A stretch of 64,000 bases of DNA from Candidatus Micrarchaeota archaeon (GTDB lineage Archaea > B1Sed10-29 > JAJRYS01), in contig CAZXTN010000003.1 in the NCBI GenBank assembly GCA_964643685.1, forward strand, positions 1 to 64,000, given 5' to 3'. This document shows positions 18,460 to 28,600 of this stretch, in pieces (within the stretch, counting starts at the first letter, position 1; each line of letters begins with the position of its first letter). The translations under genes and the position numbers were made by a program. Below the pieces are notes generated by a model that was not told the DNA's origin, did not search any database, and saw only the letters and a list, made by a program, of their open reading frames with translations.

Positions 18460-18855
18460 ATGGCAAAAACACAATCAAATGAAAACAAGAAAAAACCAAC
18501 AGGTGGAAAAAGAATAAACTACAAGAAAAAGAAGAAGTATGAATTAAGCGGAGTGCAAGCCCTGCCAACTATTTCAAAAAAAGACGAAAGAAAAAAAGTA
18601 AGGGCAATGGGAAACAAGAAAAAAATCAAACTAAAACACGCTTTAAAAGTCAACGTGCTTGACAAAAAAACAGGAAAATACACTGTAACTGAACTGCAGA
18701 CAGCAAGAGAAAACCCTGCAAACAGAAACTTCGCCAGAAGAAACATAATAACAAAAGGAGCAATAATAACAACAAAAATCGGAGACGTGAGAATCACAAG
18801 CAGGCCAGGACAAGACGGATGCGTAAACGCAGTTCTAATAGAAAAAAAGCAGTAA
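18460..18855 (+). CDS. rps8e: 30S ribosomal protein S8e
   Basis: KPTGG, ENPANRNFARRNIITKGAII, TSRPGQDGCVNAVL. Confidence 0.97.
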   Translation: MAKTQSNENKKKPTGGKRINYKKKKKYELSGVQALPTISKKDERKKVRAMGNKKKIKLKHALKVNVLDKKTGKYTVTELQTARENPANRNFARRNIITKGAIITTKIGDVRITSRPGQDGCVNAVLIEKKQ

Positions 18856-18948
18856 ACTGCTTTTTTTAAACCAATTCTTCCTTTTTCTTGGATTCACTTT
18901 TTTAATCAAACCAAACTTTTAAAAGCTAAAAAGCTGTTAAAAAAAACT

Positions 18949-20196
18949 ATGCAAGTATTAAAAGAAAACACACAAGGAATTTTTTACGCTTCTTTAATGC
19001 TATTTCTTGTATTTGGCTTAACATTCATACTAGTAACTACTTTGAATCCATTTGAAACAAATTCATTAAATTTAAAAGCACCAGCACAGCCAGTAATACT
19101 CCCCATAGAATCACCAAGCTGCCCTGTTAACTTAACAACAATAACAAGCAAAGACACTGCAACTTTAAAATGGAACTTATGCAATGAAACAGATTTTTAC
19201 AGGCTAAACAAAAGAGTTTTAAACGGCAGTTGGCAATGGGTAAAAGATTATGAAAAAACAAGAAACAATGCCCTTGTATTAAGACAAGAAGAAGATATGG
19301 AATACAGGATCATAGCCTTAATAGGAGAGTCACTGCAATTAAATGGAACAGAAAATAACACAATTTTAAACATTTCAAACACGATATTAATCCCAGCTAA
19401 AATACAAGAAGAGAGCAATACAAACACAACCCAAGAACAAGACAACTCAACAAGCCCTGAAAATGAAACAAGTTCAGAGCAGCAATTCACTTGTGCAATA
19501 AGCTTAAATTCACTTCAACAAAACAACAGCAGCCAATATACTTTAAAATGGAACTTGTGCAATGAAACAGATTTTTACAGGCTAAACAAAAGAGTTTTAA
19601 ACGGCAGTTGGCAATGGGTAAAAGATTATGAAAAAACAAGAAACAATACAAATGTATCAATGGAAGACAAGGAAATAGAATACAGGATAATAGCAGCAAA
19701 AGGGCAGTCACTGCAGTTAAACGGAACAGAAAACATTACAATCCTAAACATTTCAAACACAGTGCTAATCCCTGCATTAATACAACAAGAAGAAAACACT
19801 ACAAACACAACCCAAGAACAAAACACTACAACAGAAAATCCGCAGAATGAAACAAGCACAAGCAATACAACAAGCACGCAACAATGCAGCGACTCAGATG
19901 CAGGAATAAATAAAAACATTCAAGGAACAGCAACTCTTGGAACCACTTCAAAAACAGACTACTGCTCAGGAGGAGGCTTAATAGAATACTACTGCTTAGA
20001 CAATCAAATAAAATCAGTTTACATTTCATGCGAAGACACATGCCAGAATGGAAAATGCATAACAAATACAACTCAAAATATCACCTCAACAGAAGAACCA
20101 GAACAAGTTCAACCACAACCAACAGTCAAAACAAACACAAACCCTTCAATAATAGACATTTTTTCAGCAATAATAAAATACTTTTTCAAAGTATAA
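18949..20196 (+). CDS. Surface protein with two tandem FN3-like repeats and a Cys-rich module
   Basis: N-terminal TM; TLKWNLCNETDFYRLNKRVLNGSWQWVKDYEKTRNN twice; CSDSD..DYC..EYYC..C...C..G.C; many N-x-S/T sites. Confidence 0.7.
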   Translation: MQVLKENTQGIFYASLMLFLVFGLTFILVTTLNPFETNSLNLKAPAQPVILPIESPSCPVNLTTITSKDTATLKWNLCNETDFYRLNKRVLNGSWQWVKDYEKTRNNALVLRQEEDMEYRIIALIGESLQLNGTENNTILNISNTILIPAKIQEESNTNTTQEQDNSTSPENETSSEQQFTCAISLNSLQQNNSSQYTLKWNLCNETDFYRLNKRVLNGSWQWVKDYEKTRNNTNVSMEDKEIEYRIIAAKGQSLQLNGTENITILNISNTVLIPALIQQEENTTNTTQEQNTTTENPQNETSTSNTTSTQQCSDSDAGINKNIQGTATLGTTSKTDYCSGGGLIEYYCLDNQIKSVYISCEDTCQNGKCITNTTQNITSTEEPEQVQPQPTVKTNTNPSIIDIFSAIIKYFFKV

Positions 20197-20244
20197 AGAA
20201 AAAACAAGATTAACTTTTTATTAACCAAGCACTTAAACACACTT

Positions 20245-22725
20245 ATGCCCAACTTTAAAGGACTAACCACAAAACAAGCCAAACAGCTTCAGGAAAAATA
20301 CGGGAAAAACGAGATACAAGAAGGCAAGAAAAAAAGCAAGTTGCAATTGCTTCTTGAACAATTCACTTCCCCAATCATCCTTCTTTTAATCCTCGCTGCA
20401 ATTGTCTCACTTTTCGTCAACCACCAGCAGCATCAAAACTACTTCGATTCAATACTAATACTAATAATAGTCCTAGCTTCTGGAATAGCAGGCTTCATAC
20501 AAGACTACAAAGCAGAAGAAGCAGTGGAAGCACTTAAAAAACTATCAACGCCAACAGCCAAAGTAATTAGAAACGGAAAAGAAATTGTAATAAGTTCAAG
20601 TGAACTTGTACCAGGGGACATTATCCTGCTTGAAGGAGGAGACGTTGTCCCAGCTGACGCTGTCATCCTAGAAGGAGAACTTGAAGTCGACGAATCCGTG
20701 CTTACAGGCGAAAGCGGTTCAGTGAAAAAAACAAAAAACCAAAACATTTTCTCAAACTCAAACATCTACGTAGGCAGAGCAGTAGCTCAAGTCAAAGCAA
20801 TTGGAATGCAGACAAAAGTCGGCAGAATAGCAGCTAAAATGCAGGAAATACAGCAAGAAAACACTCCATTCCAAAGCCATATGAATTCATTCACTAAAAA
20901 AATAGTCGCATTTACAATCATTGTAATAATCCTAACTTTCCTAGCAAGCTACGGAAAATTCGGAGTAATGGAAGCATTCATGATAGCAGTTTCCCTAGCA
21001 GTCGCAGCCATACCAGAAGACCTGCCAGCAGTCATAACAATAGCAGTTTCCCTCGGCGCCAAACAAATGGCAAAAAAGAAAGCACTAATCAGAAGACTAG
21101 CTACAGCAGAGTCAATCGGCACAATAGAAGTAATCTGCACAGACAAAACAGGCACACTTACCTTGGGAAAAATGAAACTAGAAAAATACTGGTACCCAAA
21201 CAAAGCAAACAATGAAGAACTATCCCTCCAATGCTCCTACTACTGCAACGACGCTGAAAAAATAATCAAAAACGGAAAACCGCAATGGGTAGGAGACGAA
21301 ACAGACATAGCCCTCAAAGAACATTCATTCAACAAAATAAAAGAGATAGGAAAAAGAATACACACAATCCCCTTCAGTTCAAAAAGAGAGATGATGACAG
21401 TAACCCAGGAACTAAAAAAAGGAATATTCACTTACTCAAAAGGAGCACCTGAAGTCATTCTCGAAAAATGCACGAAAGTAAAAACAAGCAAAGGAGAAAC
21501 AAAACTAACTCAAAAAATGAAACAAGAGATACTTGGAAAAAATGAAGAATTTGCCTCGCAAGGATACCGCGTACTAGCACTAGCATACAAAAAAGGAAGC
21601 AAAAAACCAGAACAAGAACTTACATTCATCGGACTAAGCGTGCTGATAGACCCCCCTCACCCAGAAGCAGCAACAGCAGTAAAAGAATGCCAAGAAGCAG
21701 GCATAAGAGTAATCATGATCACAGGAGACAACCCTAAAACAGCTGAAAGCATAGCAAAAAAAGTCGGAATAAAAACAAAACAAGTGGTTATAGGAAAAGA
21801 AATTGATGAAATGACTGACGAAGAACTCGGCATAAAACTAAACCAAGGAGTAAATGTATTTGCACGCACTGACCCTTTCCACAAGCTTAGAATACTCCAA
21901 GAACTGCAAAGACAAGGCAAAGTCGTGGCAATGACAGGAGACGGAGTAAACGACTCCCTTGCCTTGAAAAAAGCAGACGTCGGCATAGCAATGGGCTTAA
22001 GAGGAACAGAAGTAGCTAAAGAAGCCAGCGACATAATACTACTAGACGACAACTTCACTACAATCAGAGACTCCATCAAAGAAGGCAGAAGAATCTTCGA
22101 CAACATCAGAAAATTCGTCGACTACCTCTTAACATGCAACACAGCAGAAGTAGCAGTAGTGCTACTCTCATCACTCTTCCTTCCTTTCATAAGCCTATTC
22201 CCAGTGCAAATCCTATGGATAAACCTAATCACAGACGGCTTGCCTGCGCTCGCATTATCAGTAGACCCAGCCAGGCCAGATATAATGAAAAGAAAACCAA
22301 GAAAAAAAACAGAAGGAATCATAAACAAAAAACTAGCTTTCCTAATAGGAGGAATAGGAATTAAAAAATCACTTGTAATAATAGCAACTTTCCTAGCAGT
22401 GCTTCCATTCGGAATAGACAAAGCAAGAACAGCTTTATTCACTTCATTCATAATGTACGAATTCGTAAGAATAGCAGTAATAAGATACAACGAGAAACTA
22501 GAGTCAATAAAAGAATGGGTAGCAAACAAGTACCTCACATACTCATTAATAAGCTCGCTTGCGCTTCAAATAGGAATAATATACACTCCAATAGGAAAAT
22601 ACTTCAAAGTAGTCCCGCTTGGAATACAAGAATGGGCAATCATACTAACAGGAACAATAATAGGCTTCATACTAGGGATACTCATAGCTGAAATAATAGA
22701 CAAAAAAATAAAACAAGAATATTAA
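20245..22725 (+). CDS. P-type ATPase, Ca2+-transporting (IIA-like)
   Basis: LTGES, PEDLP, DKTGTLT, KGAPE, TGDN, TGDGVND, QILWINLITDGLPA. Confidence 0.95.
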   Translation: MPNFKGLTTKQAKQLQEKYGKNEIQEGKKKSKLQLLLEQFTSPIILLLILAAIVSLFVNHQQHQNYFDSILILIIVLASGIAGFIQDYKAEEAVEALKKLSTPTAKVIRNGKEIVISSSELVPGDIILLEGGDVVPADAVILEGELEVDESVLTGESGSVKKTKNQNIFSNSNIYVGRAVAQVKAIGMQTKVGRIAAKMQEIQQENTPFQSHMNSFTKKIVAFTIIVIILTFLASYGKFGVMEAFMIAVSLAVAAIPEDLPAVITIAVSLGAKQMAKKKALIRRLATAESIGTIEVICTDKTGTLTLGKMKLEKYWYPNKANNEELSLQCSYYCNDAEKIIKNGKPQWVGDETDIALKEHSFNKIKEIGKRIHTIPFSSKREMMTVTQELKKGIFTYSKGAPEVILEKCTKVKTSKGETKLTQKMKQEILGKNEEFASQGYRVLALAYKKGSKKPEQELTFIGLSVLIDPPHPEAATAVKECQEAGIRVIMITGDNPKTAESIAKKVGIKTKQVVIGKEIDEMTDEELGIKLNQGVNVFARTDPFHKLRILQELQRQGKVVAMTGDGVNDSLALKKADVGIAMGLRGTEVAKEASDIILLDDNFTTIRDSIKEGRRIFDNIRKFVDYLLTCNTAEVAVVLLSSLFLPFISLFPVQILWINLITDGLPALALSVDPARPDIMKRKPRKKTEGIINKKLAFLIGGIGIKKSLVIIATFLAVLPFGIDKARTALFTSFIMYEFVRIAVIRYNEKLESIKEWVANKYLTYSLISSLALQIGIIYTPIGKYFKVVPLGIQEWAIILTGTIIGFILGILIAEIIDKKIKQEY

Positions 22726-22794
22726 AAACAAAAAAAAACAAAATAAAAAAATAGAAAAAAGCAAGTTTTTCTCTTAAAAAGGGGGTTTTAAAAA

Positions 22795-23007
22795 ATGAAA
22801 AAACTCGGAAGAATAATCTCAAAAGAAAAAAAACACGTTGTTCTAAAAACAGACAAACTAGTTAAACTAGGAGCAAAAATCTTTGACGAAAAAGGCATAC
22901 TCATAGGACACGTAACAGACTACTTCGGACCAGTAGACGGGCCATACCTACTAATAAAACCAACAAAAGACGCTGAACACTTAATAGGCAAAGAAGTATA
23001 CGGCTAA
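22795..23007 (+). CDS. gar1: H/ACA RNP subunit Gar1
   Basis: MKKLG..GAKIFD..IGHVTDYFGPVDGPY. Confidence 0.82.
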   Translation: MKKLGRIISKEKKHVVLKTDKLVKLGAKIFDEKGILIGHVTDYFGPVDGPYLLIKPTKDAEHLIGKEVYG

Positions 23008-23015
23008 AAAAGCAA

Positions 23016-23100
23016 GCAGGGGTGCCGGAGCCTGGACAACGGGCAGGGTTGAGGGCCCTGTGACTTAGTGTCCACGCGAGTTCAAATCTCGTCCCCTGCA
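23016..23100 (+). tRNA. tRNA-Leu(GAG)
   Basis: Acceptor GCAGGGG/CCCCTGC-A, anticodon stem CAGGG/CCCTG with loop TTGAGGG, long variable arm, GTTCAAATC; CCA not encoded. Confidence 0.95.
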
Positions 23101-23102
23101 TC

Positions 23103-23233
23103 CCAACGGCCGTCCGTTGGATCGACAGGCCATCTTTCGGCTTCGCCTTCGATGACCTCTAAAAAAAAGAGGGCTCTCATTTTCTTTTTTAAAAAACATA
23201 AAGAAGAAGTTATCGAGCAAAGCGAAGATAACT
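23103..23233. repeat. Hairpin cassette cluster abutting tRNA-Leu 3' end
   Basis: CCAACGG-CCGT-CCGTTGG; AGGCCATC..GATGACCT; AGTTATC-GAGCAAAGCGAA-GATAACT; homologous to 6674-6698, 9750-9801 and 9847-9884. Confidence 0.85.
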
Positions 23234-23312
23234 TTAATTTTTCGTCACTTGTCAAAGAGAGGCTTTTAAAAGCAAAACCCTGCTTAGTAAAAAAACAGAG
23301 GTGAGTTAAAAA

Positions 23313-23558
23313 ATGAAACTCAATGAAAAAAACTTTGCAATAGCATCAGGATTAACCTGGGGACTGTGGTTGTTTGTCCTGACAATAATTTCAACAGCAA
23401 CAGGCTATGCAGCAGCAATTTTAGCTCCACTAAGTTCAATATACATAGGATACACAGTAAGCTATGTTGGAAGCATAATAGGGCTAATCTGGGGATTCAT
23501 AGACGCAGGAATAGGAATGTACATCCTTGCTTGGATTTACAACAAGCTAGGAGAATAA
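23313..23558 (+). CDS. Small membrane protein (family often labelled holin-like)
   Basis: MKLN..FAIASGLTWG..Y.GY....GSIIGLIWGFID..AWIYN; SD GAGGTGA. Confidence 0.7.
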   Translation: MKLNEKNFAIASGLTWGLWLFVLTIISTATGYAAAILAPLSSIYIGYTVSYVGSIIGLIWGFIDAGIGMYILAWIYNKLGE

Positions 23559-23791
23559 AAGACAAGCAATAAAAGCGTCCTTTAAGCTTTGATTCAAAAA
23601 AAGGACGCGTTATTGCTTTTTTCAAAAAAAAATTAATTCAAAAACAAGCTTAACCAAAAAGTTTAAATACTACTTTTATTAGAAGTATATAAAACTTACT
23701 ATTTTTTTGTTTTTTAGTGAAAATAGTGAGTTTAAAAAAAAATTAAATGAAATTGCTAATTCTTTTTTAAAAAAAATTAAAAGGTGTGTAA

Positions 23792-24850
23792 ATGGTTGTT
23801 AAAAAAAAGCAAGTTAAGAAGAAAACAGTCGCTAAGAAATCAGTTAAAAAACATGTAAAAAAAACAACAAAAGCAGCAAAAAAGACATTAAAAAAAGAAG
23901 AACCAGTTGAAGTTAAAAAAACAGAAGCCACTAACCAGAATCATCATCAAATAGTATGCCCTGAATGCGGAAGCACTGACATTACAAAGGATTATGCAAG
24001 AGCAGAATTAGTATGCAACAAATGCGGGCTTGTTTTAGAAGAAGATATTATTGATACTGGACAGGAATGGAGGGCTTTTGACAGCGAACAGAGGGCTTCA
24101 AGAGCAAGAACAGGAGCTCCAATCAAATTCACTAAGCCAAACAAAGGGCTTTCAACTGAAATAGACCAATACAACAGGGACATAAGAGGAGTTAAAATTT
24201 CAGCTAAGTCAAAAGCGCAGATGACTAGATTAAGAAAATGGCACAAGAGAACCTCCATTTCATCTTCAATGGAAAGAAACCTTGCAATTGCCTTAAGCGA
24301 ATTAGAGAGAATCTGCTCTTCTCTTTCGCTTCCTTCAAACATAAGAGAAGCATCTGCCTTACTTTATAGAAAAGCAGTTGAAAAAGGACTTATCAGAGGC
24401 AGGTTGATTGAATCAGTAGTAGCTGCTGTAATTTACACTATCTGCAGGCAATATGGAATTCCAAGAACACTTGATGAAATCTCAGCAGTGTCAGGAATCA
24501 ACAAGAAAGAAATTGGAAGAACTTACAGGTTCTTAAAAAAAGACTTAGGAATTAACATGCCTTTAACCAACCCAGTTCATTACATTCCAAGATTTGCTTC
24601 TGAACTAGGTTTAAGCGGTGAAGTTCAGGAAAAAGCAAGAGAAATACTGGAACAGGCAATTGACTCTGGATTGATTTCAGGAAGAGGACCAACAGGAGTA
24701 GCAGCAGCAGCTGTTTACATAGCAGGAGTCCTGATGGGCGAGAGGAAAACACAGAAAGAAGTAGCTGACGTAGCTGGAGTAACTGAAGTCACCATTAGGA
24801 ACAGGTACAGGGAATTGAAAGAAAAATTAGGATTAGACGTGCCTGCTTAA
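23792..24850 (+). CDS. tfb: Transcription initiation factor IIB
   Basis: CPECGS..C..CG zinc ribbon, EWRAF, two cyclin repeats, VTEVTIRNRY; K-rich N-terminal extension. Confidence 0.97.
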   Translation: MVVKKKQVKKKTVAKKSVKKHVKKTTKAAKKTLKKEEPVEVKKTEATNQNHHQIVCPECGSTDITKDYARAELVCNKCGLVLEEDIIDTGQEWRAFDSEQRASRARTGAPIKFTKPNKGLSTEIDQYNRDIRGVKISAKSKAQMTRLRKWHKRTSISSSMERNLAIALSELERICSSLSLPSNIREASALLYRKAVEKGLIRGRLIESVVAAVIYTICRQYGIPRTLDEISAVSGINKKEIGRTYRFLKKDLGINMPLTNPVHYIPRFASELGLSGEVQEKAREILEQAIDSGLISGRGPTGVAAAAVYIAGVLMGERKTQKEVADVAGVTEVTIRNRYRELKEKLGLDVPA

Positions 24851-24956
24851 AAATTTAAATAAATTATGAGAAAAAAGTTCTTTTTTTCTCTTCTTTTTCT
24901 TTTCTTTGAAAAAACCTTTTATTTTTTATACTGAAACTTCTTTTTTTAAAACTAGT

Positions 24957-26249
24957 ATGGAAGCAAAAAAAGCTCAAGGAAGCTTAGAATACTTGATAAT
25001 AATAGCTGCTGTGCTTGCAATAGCAGCAATAGTTATTTTATTTGTTACAGGAAGCTTCGGAGCAAGCAAGTCAAGCGCTGACGTTTCAAAATGCAAAATA
25101 GCTGCTGCTAAATGCAGCAATGAAAAAGCAACAAGCCAAGGAGCTCCATGCGATTACTGTGAAAGAGACTGTCCTGAACCGTTATGGGATGAATGCAAAG
25201 CAGGTGAACCTGATAAGATTATAGGAGTTGAATGTGAAAAAACAAGCGACTGCAAGCAAAAAGAATGCAATACAGTTACCTGCACTGAAGAAGGTTACTG
25301 TGAATACGAACCAGTTGATGAGGGAATAGAATGCGGTGGAACAGGAGAATGCAAGTCAGGGGCATGTGTTTTTGAACCGAAAATTGAAAGTTTGTCTTTT
25401 CATTCAACTTCTAATCCTATAAATATTTTTGTAAAAGACAACTTGGCTTACGTGGCTGATGGTAGGTTTGGCTGGAAGATTTTCAATGTAACTGACAAGC
25501 TAGATACCCCAAAACTTTTGTATATCCACAGCAATAATAATAAATTTGTTAGGAAGGTGTTTGTTGATAACAATAAGGGGTATGTTGCAGCAGCAGAAGA
25601 AGGGTGGAAAGTTTTTAATGCAAGCAAACAAGATGAAATTTATTCAAATGAAATAGCAAATAACGGCGTTGTTTATGATGTTTTTGCTGACAATGATTAC
25701 TCCTATGTAATAGCAAATAACAACTTATCTATCTTTAGAATGGATAAGATTCAAAAACCAGAATTAATAGGCTCTCTTGGAAACTCTTTTTCAGATCCTT
25801 CTTTGTTTGTAAAAGGAAATTTTATTTACGTAACATCAGGCAATTATTTAAAAATTATTAATGCAACTGATAAGAGCAATTTGAAAATAATCTCTTCAGT
25901 TTATTTAAAATACTCAAGAGAAGTTTTTGTACAAGATGACTATGCTTACATTGCTAATGATAAAAATTTATCAATTGTCAGAATAACAGATAAAACAAAT
26001 CCAGTTTTAATAAAATCAATTCAGCTTAATGGATACAAGGCTCAGGGAGTATTTGTATCTGGGCAATATGTTTATATCTCCGATGATAATGGAGGAGTAA
26101 AAGTGATTAACATCGAAGACAAAAATAATCCAAAACAGATAACAGAATGGAGCATAAGCAGCGTCTTGCATAGTTTTGTAAAATACCCTTATATTTATTC
26201 AATATCAGCAACTAAAGGCCTTCATGTTGGTAAAATTGAAAACTTTTAA
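24957..26249 (+). CDS. Class III signal peptide (pilin-like) protein with Cys-rich region and LVIVD repeats
   Basis: KKAQGSLEYLIIIAAVLAIAAIV; multiple Cys; repeated V.V.G.YAYVA...G..I.NI.D..NP. Confidence 0.82.
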   Translation: MEAKKAQGSLEYLIIIAAVLAIAAIVILFVTGSFGASKSSADVSKCKIAAAKCSNEKATSQGAPCDYCERDCPEPLWDECKAGEPDKIIGVECEKTSDCKQKECNTVTCTEEGYCEYEPVDEGIECGGTGECKSGACVFEPKIESLSFHSTSNPINIFVKDNLAYVADGRFGWKIFNVTDKLDTPKLLYIHSNNNKFVRKVFVDNNKGYVAAAEEGWKVFNASKQDEIYSNEIANNGVVYDVFADNDYSYVIANNNLSIFRMDKIQKPELIGSLGNSFSDPSLFVKGNFIYVTSGNYLKIINATDKSNLKIISSVYLKYSREVFVQDDYAYIANDKNLSIVRITDKTNPVLIKSIQLNGYKAQGVFVSGQYVYISDDNGGVKVINIEDKNNPKQITEWSISSVLHSFVKYPYIYSISATKGLHVGKIENF

Positions 26250-26308
26250 TTTTTGAAACCGCTTTTTTACAAATTATTAAAAAGGATTGTTTACTTAACT
26301 ATTTTTTA

Positions 26309-26782
26309 ATGTTGTTTAAAGATGCTTTGAAAAAAAGCAGGGGAGTTGAAGAAGTTAGTGCTTTGAATGAAAGCAGTGACAAGGAATTGACTGCTGCAAT
26401 GGCTATTTTAAAGCCAGGAGTTTATGAAGTGCATGAATGGATTTTCATGTATTATAATGGAAAAGAAAATAAAACAACGCAAGTAGTGGTTACTGAACAA
26501 GGCGTTGAAGTGAAGAACCCTGAACAGCCTTTAAAACCAAGCACTGTTGCTCTTGATTTAAGTAAAGTTAAAACAAATTCAGATAATATGATTAAAAAAG
26601 CAGTTGATGAATTTAAAAAATACAAGAAGCCGTTAAGCCAAGTGATTATTAATTTGACACAAGAAGAAAAGCCTGTTTGGAGGTTCAGTTTTATTACAAA
26701 AAGCTTGGAAGTAGTGACAATCAAAATCAATGCAGAAACAGGCGAAGTTTTAGATAAAAAGATACAAGCGTTAACTAAATAA
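26309..26782 (+). CDS. PepSY-like domain protein
   Basis: C-terminal PVWRF..IKINAETGEVL. Confidence 0.6.
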   Translation: MLFKDALKKSRGVEEVSALNESSDKELTAAMAILKPGVYEVHEWIFMYYNGKENKTTQVVVTEQGVEVKNPEQPLKPSTVALDLSKVKTNSDNMIKKAVDEFKKYKKPLSQVIINLTQEEKPVWRFSFITKSLEVVTIKINAETGEVLDKKIQALTK

Positions 26783-26783
26783 A

Positions 26784-26913
26784 AGACAGCTAAGCGAAGC
26801 GCATGCTGTCTACAGGGGAATCAGAAACTCCCTAGAAATCAATCGCCTAAAGACTCAAACGTTTTTCCTTAACAGGAAAAACTGAGAGGGGCAGCCAGCC
26901 CCCTGCGTTTCGG
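26784..26913 (+). repeat. Hairpin cassette between convergent genes
   Basis: AGACAGC-TAAGCGAAGCGCAT-GCTGTCT..CAGGGG..CCTAGA..GAGGGGC..GCCCCCTGCG..TCGGT; homologous to 44262-44350 on the minus strand. Confidence 0.75.
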
Positions 26914-27300
26914 TTAGATTTTCTTGTCTTCTCCGAATTTTTCATCCAAGTCCCTTTTGATTGAATTGCAGTCTGCAATAATCACGTCAAGGTGCTTAGT
27001 CATTCTGTCTTTTTCTTTTTCAATTTCTTTTGCTTTCCTGTATGGCTTTGAAGCTTCTTTGAACATCCTGTAGTCAAGCATTGCGTAAGGATACTCGTTC
27101 ATTTTTTTGGTTACGTCATCTACTATTTCAGCAAGAAATTGATTCATTGCAATCTTTACTTCTTTTTTAATCATTTTGCCTGAATCAATGTGTTTTTTCA
27201 TTTCCCTTACAATAGTTGCTGTTGGAAAAACCAAGTCAAGCTTGTCATCTTCAACTTCGTCTTCGACAACTTCGTCAATTTTTTCATCTAAATCAGCCAT
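26914..27300 (-). CDS. Histone-fold protein with acidic N-tail and C-terminal coiled coil
   Basis: FPTATIVREMK..KMIKKEVKIAMNQFL..LDYRMFKEA histone-fold pattern; own TATA and SD GGAGGAGTGA. Confidence 0.65.
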   Translation of the reverse strand: MADLDEKIDEVVEDEVEDDKLDLVFPTATIVREMKKHIDSGKMIKKEVKIAMNQFLAEIVDDVTKKMNEYPYAMLDYRMFKEASKPYRKAKEIEKEKDRMTKHLDVIIADCNSIKRDLDEKFGEDKKI

Positions 27301-27433
27301 TCAAATTCACTCCTCCAATTTAATGAAGCTGCTTAAAACTATGCAAGCAACTTTTTTTTAAGCAAAAATCAGCGCGCTTCCACGCTTACTATAATTTAAA
27401 ACAATTGACGTATATAAACCTGATTGCTTTTGC

Positions 27434-28597
27434 TTATGCTGATTCCACTACTTTTTTCAATTCCTCTGCTTTGTTTGTCTTCTCCCAAGTGAACTCAGGT
27501 TCTTCTCTTCCAAAATGCCCGTAAGCAGCTGTCTTCAAGTAAATCGGGCGAAGCAAGTCAAGTTCTTGAATTATTTCCTTTGGCTTGAGTTTGAAGACTT
27601 TTTTCACTGCTTCAACAAGCCTTTCATCGCTTGCTTTTCCAGTGCCGAAAGTATTAACATAAATGGACACTGGTTCAGCTACTCCGATTGCATAAGCTAA
27701 CTGCACTTCGCATTTGTCAGCTAACCCGGAAGCAACAATGTTTTTCGCAATGTATCTTGCCATGTATGAAGCGCTTCTGTCTACTTTTGAAGGGTCTTTT
27801 CCTGAAAAAGCGCCTCCGCCGTGGCTTCCTACCCCTCCGTAAGTGTCTACTATTATTTTTCTTCCAGTGACTCCAGTGTCTCCAGGTGGTCCTCCTATTA
27901 CGAATTTTCCAGTTGGGTTAATGTAGTACTTTGTGTTTTCATCAATCCATTCTCCGCAAACAGGCTTGATTAATTTTTCAATCAAAGTTTTTTCAATTTC
28001 ATCATGTGAAACTTCAGGGTCATGCTGGGTTGAAACTACAATTGCTTCAACTCTTTTTGGCTTGCCTTCTTCATATTCTACAGTCACTTGTGCTTTGCCG
28101 TCTGGACGAAGCCATTTAATTTCGCCTGTTTTTCTCAGACGTGCAAGGCTGTAAGTTAGCTTGTGAGCTAAGTATATTGGAAGGGGCATTAGAACAGGTG
28201 TTTCGTTTGATGCATAGCCGAACATGAGCCCTTGGTCCCCTGCTCCTTGTTCTTCAAACAAGCCTTGGCCTTCACTTACTCCTTGTGAAATGTCAGGGCT
28301 TTGCTCGTGCAATGAAACCAGGACGCTGCAGTCATCTGCGTTAAAGCCGTATAATGGGTTGTCGTATCCTATTTTTTTCAAAACTTCTCTGACTGTTTTT
28401 TGAATGTCAACATGCGCTTCTGTAGTGACTTCTCCTGCCACTACGATTAAGCCGGTGGTTGTGAGTGTTTCAACTGCTACTCTTGAATTAATGTCTTTTT
28501 CAAGCAAAGCATCTAAAATAGCATCTGAAATTTGGTCGCATACTTTGTCAGGATGCCCTTCTGTAACAGATTCTGAAGTGAACAAGTAATTAGTCAC
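27434..28597 (-). CDS. metK: S-adenosylmethionine synthetase, bacterial/eukaryotic type
   Basis: [63 protein letters not shown]. Confidence 0.97.
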   Translation of the reverse strand: MTNYLFTSESVTEGHPDKVCDQISDAILDALLEKDINSRVAVETLTTTGLIVVAGEVTTEAHVDIQKTVREVLKKIGYDNPLYGFNADDCSVLVSLHEQSPDISQGVSEGQGLFEEQGAGDQGLMFGYASNETPVLMPLPIYLAHKLTYSLARLRKTGEIKWLRPDGKAQVTVEYEEGKPKRVEAIVVSTQHDPEVSHDEIEKTLIEKLIKPVCGEWIDENTKYYINPTGKFVIGGPPGDTGVTGRKIIVDTYGGVGSHGGGAFSGKDPSKVDRSASYMARYIAKNIVASGLADKCEVQLAYAIGVAEPVSIYVNTFGTGKASDERLVEAVKKVFKLKPKEIIQELDLLRPIYLKTAAYGHFGREEPEFTWEKTNKAEELKKVVESA

Positions 28598-28600
28598 TTT

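Noticed and set aside
19162-19820. DGR or mobile repeat in the surface protein
   Set aside because: Both copies are in-frame domains of one ORF and the differences are not A-restricted.
23313-23558. Prophage inferred from a holin-like gene beside a tRNA
   Set aside because: No integrase, capsid, terminase or att duplication; the small membrane family also occurs outside viruses.
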